This document shows positions 1 through 9,620 of a stretch of 33,871 nt of DNA, piece by piece. Position numbers and translations under genes: made by a program. Numbering within the stretch: position 1 is the stretch's first letter; every line of letters begins with the position of its first letter. Source of the stretch: Folioceros fuciformis. Lineage: Eukaryota. Below the pieces are notes generated by a model, which made no database searches, was not told the origin of the DNA, and saw only the letters and a list, made by a program, of their open reading frames with translations. The DNA lies in NCBI GenBank assembly GCA_049999805.1, contig JBNGIO010005255.1:1-33871 (forward strand), read 5' to 3'.

Positions 1-88
1 GGGGTCGTCTGGTGGGAGAAGTAAGGGGGCTTGGTAAGGTCCGAGCACTGGACGTGTGTGTGTGGGTCAGTCAAGCTTTAGGTGTTAA

Positions 89-672
89 TTGACTTTAGAA
101 GCTAACCTGTGTAGTTTAACACAAATCATTCCCTTGGGATCGAATCCCAGAGCTACAACGACATAGAGGGCTTGTATGGACCTCGCGCTACCTCCGGGTA
201 CCATATTTTAACCCCACAGTAAGGAGCATGGAATAAGCTACTGGTAGTTGAAAGACAACAGAGGTAGCCGAAGCGGCTACTGGTAGTTGAAAGACGACGG
301 AGGTAGCCAAAGCGGCTACCGATAGTTGAGACCCTACCTCGGTAGTTGAAGGGTCGGTAGGTTTAGAGACCCCCCCCCCCCCGGTAGCCGAGTGAGTCAA
401 TAGGGTAGCCCAGGGTCGAGGTAGTCGAGTGGGGCCTAGAGTTATAGAGTAGGGACTGTGGTAGCTAGGCTAGCTGAGGGGTAGGGGTAGTTGAACCAGT
501 AGGTAGTGGAGTGGGGTAGTTAAAGTCTGACCTAGGTAGTAACTGACTTTTAGAAGAAACCTGTGTTACTTGGCACAAATCATTCCCTTGGGATCGAATC
601 CAAGTGCTATAATGACAAAGAGGGTTTGTGTGGTCCTCGCAACACCCCCGGGTGCAATATTTTCCCCCACAG
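89..672 (+). repeat. Diverged ~130-bp direct duplication (about 89-219 and 543-672)
   Basis: Both copies contain gacttt..agaag..aacctgtgt...cacaaatcattcccttgggatcgaatcc and end in ...ccccacag. Confidence 0.8.
237..330 (+). repeat. 39-bp tandem repeat, ~2.4 copies
   Basis: gctactggtagttgaaagacaacagaggtagccgaagcg at 237, a near-identical copy at 276 and a partial copy at 315. Confidence 0.85.
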
Positions 673-3600
673 GTACTCAGAGGAGGAAGGTTCAAATGAT
701 GAAAGCGCCATGGGTGCAAAAGAGGGAGATTCTTTGCAGATTCCAACCATTGCTTACAATCCGACAAAGACTGTGACGAGACCTGCTCAAGTGAGTGAAC
801 CTAGGAGTAGGTCAAAGGAGCTTGAATCTCCCCAGGTGGAGTGGTTTATACCTGGATTCGAATGCTAGCATGTAGGAGAAGATCAAAGAACAGCTGCTGA
901 GGAGACACAGCAGGATACAATCACCGGGCGATGACATCCCGAAACGGTTGAAGCAATGCGGGTGTAGCACACCATGTGGCCTGCACACCACCGGCACCTT
1001 CACGCAATCGAGCAGGAAATGGTGGTGGTCATCAGGTGGAGGAGCAAGGAGTTCGATCCTAGCCAGCGGAGTTCTTTGGAGGATGCCGGCATGTCGGTGT
1101 CTTGGGAGAACCCTCTGTCGGTGATGGCGGGCGTAAACATGTAGGAATTCATTGCCGGTAGGAGGTAGAGGCAACAGGGCGCCGACATGGTGGAGGAAGA
1201 CCCAGTGGGGTGCCAGCATGCAGGCGCCTGCCTAGTGGAGGGCGAAAGTAGAGCCAGAGGGTGCCCACATGTTGGTACTAATAGTGGTGCACGGGAGAAA
1301 AAAAGGTGCCGGCATGCCCGCTCCCTTTGAGAAGATGTTTGTGTCGATAAGGCAGGTGACATGGAAGAACCATATGCTAATGAGGAAGAAGACGAGGGCA
1401 TGCAGCGAAAAAAGCGTAGGAAGCCTTTACGGTTGAGGGAATAGAATCTAGAGATAGAAGATCATGTGAGCTTAGACTTTGACAGCAATATGGGAAGGAA
1501 CAGAGGAAGGCATGTGCACCGGGCGTTGGACAACAATGACATACCGACTTTGTATATTGCAACAGATGGGGAGCGGCTTGAAGGCTTGTATAGAGATGAA
1601 GTCATTCTGAGCAAGTTGTGGAAGTCTGCCTATGAGAAGAAAGTTCAAGCTGAAACTGTGTTGGTAAAACTGGAGAACCTCCGCCCGGCTTCGTTCCTAA
1701 CCCCTGATGTGCAGATTCGAACAGTGGATGAGGCTTGGAGTAATTACTTGGCAAGGGTTATTGCTAAGGGCAGAGTGGAGGAAGGAGTTCTTCCGTTGTT
1801 GTGTATGATATATCCAGCTGAATGCAATGATAAGAAAAAGCTGGATTGGGATAGATTCCGTGCGAAGAAGTATACTATGGGAGTTCTCGGCGGCAATCAT
1901 ACTTATGCGGCAATGAAGCATCTTGCTGATATTTCACTAGGGAAGACTAAGTACCAATGGCTTGAGGCACATGTATATTGCGGGCTGTCATTGCAGGAAA
2001 TGAGAGAACTAGCAATAGATCATAACACGATGTCGGACAAATGAAAGAAGATGAGTTTTATTGAGCAAGTGCGCTACTTGCGGGATGAACTACAGATCGC
2101 CAAACGCGACGGCGTGAACATGAATATGCAATGGAATTTTAATTTGTATAAGGATCTAGGCTTGATTGAAGATGATGCCGGGCGTGAGGACGAGCAATAC
2201 AAGCAAAATAAAGTCGACAACCGGACTCACATTCTCTACATAGCAAAGATGGAGGGGAGAGTTTGGGAAAATGTGGATAAAATCTTCAAAAAATGGGAGG
2301 CTCTAGAGTTACCTAAATAGGCCTAACATGTTGCAGCAGGAACAAGCAAGAAGACCAAAGGCAAGCGGAAGGTGCAGGTAAAAGCCCAGGTGATTGATAA
2401 GCATTTTCTCAAACCAAAGGAGATGCAAGGAAAACCTTGGCGAAGCTTTCAAGGTGTTCCACCTGGTGAATTTGGGCAATAGATGCTTGTTACTGTGACA
2501 GAAAAGGTGCTAACTAGCTTGTTGGACTTGAATGGGATGGCGAACAAAATTATGCTTCGGAAGAAATTACTTGTCATCCAGGTCGCGATGGCAAAACACC
2601 TTGGTTGCACCTCATTTGAGATGGTCCGCAAAGAGTATCCGATGCACTCCACCAACGAGGTCATTGCAAGATTCCAAACGGCATTTGAGGGGAAGGTACG
2701 TAGTTTGATGATATCACTTTGCATGATGCACTTCTAGTATGCTAACCCAATATGATGTTTTGAGTTTTAAATAAGGCAGTAGGCGACGGATGTGGAGGAT
2801 TTGAAGAAGTTGCCTAAAGACTTCCAATCTTTTATCCTAGAAGTGCACAATTGGAAAGGATTAGAGGATGAGCAGCGAGCGATGGCAGATTTGGACATGG
2901 AGGAGGGTTTGCAGTCATTCACGGTGCCCATGGCGGAAACAACCGTGCATTACCAAGTGGTGGGAAGGGATGCAGCTAACATGAGAGGGTTCTTGCGGGC
3001 AAGGAAATACACGACACTCATAATGGATTTGCCCCGAGGTTTCAACAAGGGTGTGTGGAACGTGCGCATGGACTAGTCTTAGCTGGCAACTATCTTACAA
3101 TCATTTCATGATATGACTACATGTGATGAACTTCGTATGATAATTATGCACGGGGTTGAGGAGTTGCAAATGGTGCGAGAATCACATCGCAAGTGGTGCA
3201 TAGCAGGTGGATTGGTATCTTTTATTTGGGACAAAACTAATATGCACAACGATTAGGGGGGTTTTAACACAGTCGAGAACATTATTGTGAGATGGGGTGC
3301 TACTGCGAGTAGCAAAAAGATCCGAGTGTCTATGCTGCCTAACACTTTGCAAGGGTCTTTCAACAATGGTTAGGCTGTAATTTCAATGATACTGTTGTGA
3401 AGAAGCTTCTATATATGTCCTTGGACAAGCTGGTGGTCTATGTAGGGTTAGAGACCTGTGGGTCCCATGACGAAATTGATCACCAGTTTCTCGAATGAGG
3501 GCGATTGGATAATAGACACATGTGCAAGTAGTGGGTCCTACACACTGGCGGCTCTTCTTTGTGAAAGAAACTGTATTGCCATAGATGTCTACAAGCGGTG

Positions 3601-3934
3601 CACGGAATTCATCCCCTAGAGAATTCATGGGTAGGAGGTTCTACCGAATGTAGTAGAGGAGTTGAATCACGAACCCCACCAGTGAGGTCCTAGTCAATTT
3701 TGGGCAAAGGAGCTGAGTTTGTCTGAGCGAACTACGACATAGGCATAGGTGGTTCTACTAGGGTTTCAGCGGATGAGAATAAGGACAGGAGACATGTTGG
3801 CCCCGGGTCAGCAGACTCTCCAAACATCATGGAAGCTTCAAACGACGGGTGGCGATGCCATGACCATGCTCGAAGTGGATGCCATGGAAGACAATGACAC
3901 CTTTGAAGAACCTATGGATGGTCACCTTATGTAG
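673..3934 (+). pseudogene. Degenerate ParB/Srx-like domain + beta-class N4-cytosine/N6-adenine DNA methyltransferase fusion gene, probably transposon-borne
   Basis: ORFs 563, 1466, 2051, 2483, 2792 and 3749 are all in frame +2, separated mostly by TAG/TGA/TAA stops. ParB-like motifs: QIRTVD, VLGGNH (GGNH 1889-1900), VYCGLS, LAIDHN. MTase motifs: LIMDLPRG..GVW (DLPRG 3026-3040, at the DPPY/motif IV position), FIWDK (WDK 3227-3235), and *RPVGPMTKLITSFSNEGDWIIDTCASSGSYTLAALLCERNCIAID (from 3449; QKP plus motif I pattern of the N6_N4_Mtase family). Probable GT-AG intron 2696-2779/2782. Start is uncertain. Confidence 0.75.
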
Positions 3935-6350
3935 ATTTGGTGTTAGATAGTGCGTCTGGGCAATGTCTCCCTATTTCCGAGTGGCAAGGAGAGGAAAATA
4001 TGCTGCAAGAGGAGTCGGAAGAGTAGGGTGTGTGTGGGCGTTGGCATGCCGGCGCCCTCGATTGTGATTTCCGTGAACATGAAGGGTAGTACAATTAAGT
4101 CATGTACCAGATGACATTTCATATATGTAGTTTAGTTGCGAACATAAGGCCACACATACCCTTCTTGTTGAGGGCTTTGAACAGAAAAGGTGTTCATATG
4201 AACAAGGGGACTGTACCATGCACTTGATAGTTCACGAAATATTGTTGAAGTCGTTGTCGGGGGTTCAAGTCTACTTTGTTATAGGTGGATAGGAAAAAAC
4301 GAAAGGGTCATTGAATAATCCGATCCTTCAAAAATTATGGTGCTAGTAAGCATCATGTAAGGTCAAGGGGTCTCCCTCTTCTACAACAATGCTTAAGGCA
4401 AAGATATCATCCACAATACCAACATAGGTTAATCTAGCTTGATTAAATTCAATGTCAAATGGTGGTTCCTTCTAGAGATGCCTAGGTTGTCTCTCGCATA
4501 TAGGTAATCTATGCTCAAGAGTAGGCACAAATCCAGTAGGGGATGGAGGGATGATAGGCGCCGAAGGGAAGTCATGGGGCACCATCAAATATAGATCAGC
4601 ATGTTTAAGGGCATCTAGATCAATTGATGGGTAATCTGACGTTACCACAGGGTCTACCTCCACTTCCCCCTCTTGAGTAGGAACAAGGTGCACCAGAGCT
4701 GGTTGCAAAGGTGAAGCAAGAGAAACAATCCGTGGCAATGAATCTACTTGAGGAAGAGGAGCTACGGGAGGCACAAGAATACCAGCAGTAGGAAAAGTAG
4801 AGGGCTAAACAATGGGATCAAAGGAAATATCACTAGATGAGCGCGGAATGCTCGTGGCTAGGACATCATGAGGACACGCCATGGACGTCGCAATTGCAAG
4901 CACTATCTTAGCCTCATCAAAAGTGATAGCATGTGCACATATTAGAGTCCAAGTACCCATGTCTATGAGCTTGTAGGCTTTGTGATCTTCACCATAGCCC
5001 ATAAAGACCAGCTTCTAAGCATGAGTGTCAAGCTTGTCACAATGCTGGTGGGACAAGAGCATAGGCAGGGCAATCAAAACACAAAGATGTGAAATTAATG
5101 GCTTGCTCCCATGCCAACACTTGTAAGGTGTACAGCCAAAAATTGACTTGGTAAGGACCTATTCTTAATGTATACTGTAGAGGTGGTTTTTGTACGACTG
5201 GTACTTAGGGAGGAGACTAAGGAGAAGGGGTGAGGGACGAAGAGGAAACATAGTAGAAGTAGAAGCAACATAGGTGAAATAGGGGGTGAGGATGGGGGGA
5301 AGAAATGAAGGCGAAGAAGAAGGTGGAAGCGAGGAGATAGGGGAGAGGGAGAACTAAAGGATCACCCAAGTACCAAGTATCATGTGGGGTTGTCAATCCC
5401 ACAGTCGCGACTACATCACCCACAGTCGTTGTAGTAGCATTCTCGGACTCTGTCCCCATGAGTCCGATGTCATGCTAGAAGCGACTATTTACTTACCTAC
5501 TCTACTACTCAACTTAAAATACCAACTACAAGTCACTCTCAATACACACGTTTATTAAAGGCGGTGGCTAAAAACCATGAGACGCTGAAGGAGAGAAGAA
5601 TCTCCTTCCACTATACACTCCTCTAGCTGCTACATTGGCCATGAATTCCAACGGACTAGTTCTTTTCTCCAGCCAGGGATGTGGAGGCTACCAATGTTGG
5701 TTAGCAAGTACCTCTAAGGACTCCTTCCCAAGGCTTTACCCTTCTACTAACACCCACGATTGACTTTTTAGGGATGAGAACTTGTAGGGCCGTGGGCCGA
5801 CTGCTAGAAAACCCAACCTTAACCTCCTGACCACCTCCTCCCAGAGAGCGAGAGGACTCCTCCGTGGCCAAGACTCGGCGTCCTTCGAGCTACCTTTACA
5901 GCTACCTAATGACACACCTACAGCACCATGCAAGATGCTTACTCCTATCTAAATTCACACCACATCTAGCACACTAATTTTAGAATCTCAGCGTGCGGGA
6001 AGGCTGCTCCTCCTCTCATTTCAGCTGAGGGATTGGAAGCCTCTCTCGGAAAATCCTGCCACCAGATCTTCTGAGATATTAGTCTCGATGGCTGCCTACA
6101 CATCGATACCCGATGGAAGTTAATGCCTGCCCTAGCCCGTGCGCTATGGCTGTGCCAGGCCTTACGGTGCCATTTCGTTTTGCCCAATGACACGGCCTTA
6201 CTAGTTCTCATCCTTCGTCCCGTGAGTTGAATGCGGTCTTGCAGTGTGCAATCACGCGATGGTAAACCATGCGTGCATGAACCATGCTTGGATCACGCGA
6301 TAATAAACCATGCGCTTATCAGCCTGTAGAATTTCCCGGTTACGATGAAC

Positions 6351-9300
6351 TTAATGTGTTGAGAGTGGAAGGAACACTGATGGAACGCTAGCTTTGAGAG
6401 CACGTTCATCTTTTGTCTCGCTATTTCCTCTAGAAGAGTTGATTGCTTGTCTATCATACCTCGATGAAAAGCTTACAACAAGACGGACAAGCCGATGTAA
6501 AGCACGCTCGGTTTCAATGAAAGGTGACAGAGATATGAGCAAAGGAAGCCTTTGAAAGGCATGCCAACTATTTCTCTGCTTGCTTTGTCCAGATGAGTCA
6601 AATGATTTCTTATCATACTTCAATGAAAAGATTACAACAAGACGGACAAGCCGGTATAAAGCACGCTAGGTTTCGATGAAAGAAGACGGAGATATGAGCG
6701 AAAGACGCCTTTGAAAGGCATGTCATCTTTTTGTCTACCCGCTTTCTCCAGATGAGTCAAATGCTTTATTATCAGTCTTCGATGGAAAGATTACAACATG
6801 ATGGACACGTCGGTGTGCAGCATGCCTGGTTTCAATCAAAGATGAAGGAGATATGAACCGAAGAAGCTTTTGAAAGGCAGTTCACATTTTGTCTACCCAC
6901 TGTTTCCGGAAGAGTCAAATGCTCCCCTATCATACATCGATGAGATGGACAAGCAGGTATGCAGGCTACTTGGCTTCGATCAAGGACAACAGAGCTACTA
7001 CAGAAAGCTGCCTTTGAAACAATAGTCACAGGTTCCAAGTCACTACTTTTTTCTTCTTCCTTGGTACTTCATCAAACCCGCTCAACCGTTGCAAACTATT
7101 TGAACCTTCATTCACAGGCAGCTCTTGTAATGGCATTTGTGACCAAGGTCTCTCTCTCTACTGAGCTGTAAGTATCCGAATTTGATTTAAGGTTTGTTCC
7201 ATGATAGCAGCAATATCAAAACACAGATCCTTGTGATGGAAAGCAACCTTACAAATCTCCCTACATCCTGCTTCAATTGTGTCCATCCTTCGCTGCTGAG
7301 TTTGCTGGAAATGTGAGGTCTTTGCACTTGTTGCCACCAAACTGTTGTTAAGAATGACAAGTTTTGGGTTTTCCTAGTCCTGTAGCCAATATGACATTGC
7401 TAAAGTAGACGTTGCTGCCCCATCAGAGCAATATGCAGCAGGATTGGGCGTACACTCCTTCACACACTCCTTCACATGTGCAGTTCCATCTTTGTAGACA
7501 ACAAGTAATTGCTGAACCTTAATAATATGCTTGCGTATGAACCCTTTCAGGCCCATAGGGCATGTGCACGTTGCCCATGGTGAATCTGCATGATCTATAA
7601 CATACCAAGTAGACTCAATGGAGGAAGACATGCAGTGAGTCAGCCCAAGCAATCTTCCTACTGTAGGGCATGGTAGAATTACTGAGTTCAGTGGAATCTC
7701 CTGAGCTTGTAGAACCGCATGCCCCATCAGAAAATCTTGTTTCTTATTTCGAGCATAGCCTCCTTCTTTAGTGAGGTGTTGGTACTAATAATGTCGTGCT
7801 ATCACAAAAACCAGCTGGTATAGTAACCAATCCAATTTGCGTGCAGGCAGAGTAGCTTTGGAAAAAGATACATGTTCTTTCAAGAAGCGGTGAAATGCTT
7901 CCACTGCCGAAGTTGTATTCTGCCCGGCATGAGAGAACAGCCGAGCATTACAGATCCACATTTCTGCATAACAATCATTCACTTGTCAGGGGTTCACCTA
8001 AAGGTAACATGAGCAAAAACATGAAGTGCGTAGAAAATGAACTAACCCATTATGGAATCCCATTGAGCTTTGAAATACGAAACGTAAGCAGGTTGTTTGA
8101 CCTCCCACTTGGCATAGAATGCAGATAGCATAGACCTTGCAGTGCTCAAACAAATGGCTGCTGTGGTTGCACCTTGGACATACATAATTCTACCTAGTTC
8201 TGCCCAAATTGCTTTCCGGTCATCCATGTCACGTACCTTGCTTAGCAGTTGACGTCGTCAAGCTTTACGAACATGCCACTAACACAATATGATTGGCATG
8301 TTATGTGACCAAACCTGTTGGATAGCTGTTATCTCAGCTTGGCAATCATCCACGATGAAGGAGCTCGGAATCCATGCACGGTCACGTTTGAATACCTGCA
8401 ACTGGACAGTAGAAAGCCATGGAACCAAAGAGGCAATTGTTGCCTCCTTGGAAATCAACTAAGCAACAAGTACTCCGTTAAAATGAGGGTCAAACACCAT
8501 CAAAGTGAACAAATTGTACTTGTACTTGTTCATGCCGAATGTGGCATCCATAGCTAAAACACTATTATTTCCATATTGTACGATAGCCTCCAACATGAAT
8601 GGGGTTTGAATTCCCAAGCAGAATGGTTTGTCATCAGGTGCCAAGTAAAATACAGAAGACGCATTTTGCGCAAGCCACATGGATACAGAGGTGCAATCAT
8701 CAACATGAAGCTTGTATTTACCTATATCCAATTGAGTAGCAATGTTCAAAACATCTTGTCGTAACATGTAGTCATCTCTAACGTGTTCGTATGGCTTTGC
8801 TGAATTATTTACCTTCATGAACACAGCATCCTTGTGTCAACGCATAATTTCATCGACGGACACCTTGCGGTACAAGCAGTGGTGGACCCACTCCTTCTTC
8901 TCATGAGAAAGCCAGGCTGCTTGAACATCTCGAGGCAAGCCTATGTAAGCGGAACCATGACAAATAGTAGCCCCAAAATCAATATGATTATCTTCATACA
9001 AGCCAATCTCGGCAACCATGGGCCACAACAATAATTGCTTTACACGAAAGTTAGCTTGACATCCGTGCTTCACACTCTCTCCTCTCACAATTTTGCACTT
9101 CGCTGTTTGAACACTTAAGAGGCCTTGAGGACTAGATTGCCGAAAATCCTCGGGCTCATATGAACACCAATACCTGCCAAAACGTTCAGAACGTACAATC
9201 AGTTCCTCACATGGCAGTATAATTAAGGCTACCCTAAATCCCACAAGTCACTGTCCTGTTTAGTGAGTGCCACATGTAAGATGAAGTGAAGAATAGCAGT

Positions 9301-9620
9301 TACAGTCAACGGAAAAAAATCAGGATGGTACCTTGTGTAGAAAAGGGTTGTGTGGACAAATGGTGTTATAGGTTTCAAGAGCTTGTTGGGTCCTTTTGAA
9401 TCCCTTATACAAATTTGTTGGATGTTCTTTGTTTGCGCTCATACCAGCTACAAAGTCCACCACTCTGTCCATCAAGATGTGAGCAATACGAATCATCCGC
9501 TGATGCCCATGTGCCCATTTTGAATGGCTCTAAGAGGAGCACATCCACTCCAAATCTGCAGCTGAGAAGTGTCCAGGTTTAGGCAATTGCACCACGAATG
9601 GTGTATCCCGGGGCTGCTCC
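6351..9620 (-). pseudogene. MULE DDE transposase with SWIM zinc finger, disabled
   Basis: YWCSY..KHGCQANF, LAMDATFGMNKYKYNLFTLMVFD, FIVDD, ILC*WHV, NTTSAVEAFH, and SWIM-like ATCTC..(C>R)KH. Probable introns at ~9330-9176 and ~8046-7998. Several in-frame stops and a frameshift near 8830. Ends are approximate. Confidence 0.85.
6380..7020 (-). repeat. 159-bp tandem repeat (~4 diverged copies) inside the MULE
   Basis: The motif tacaaca..a.ggaca recurs at 6474, 6633 and 6792; gatgagtcaa recurs at 6592 and 6751. Confidence 0.85.

Noticed and set aside
6380-7020. Regularly spaced repeats as a possible CRISPR array
   Set aside because: The whole 159-bp unit is repeated with no unique spacers, there are no cas genes, and the context is eukaryotic.
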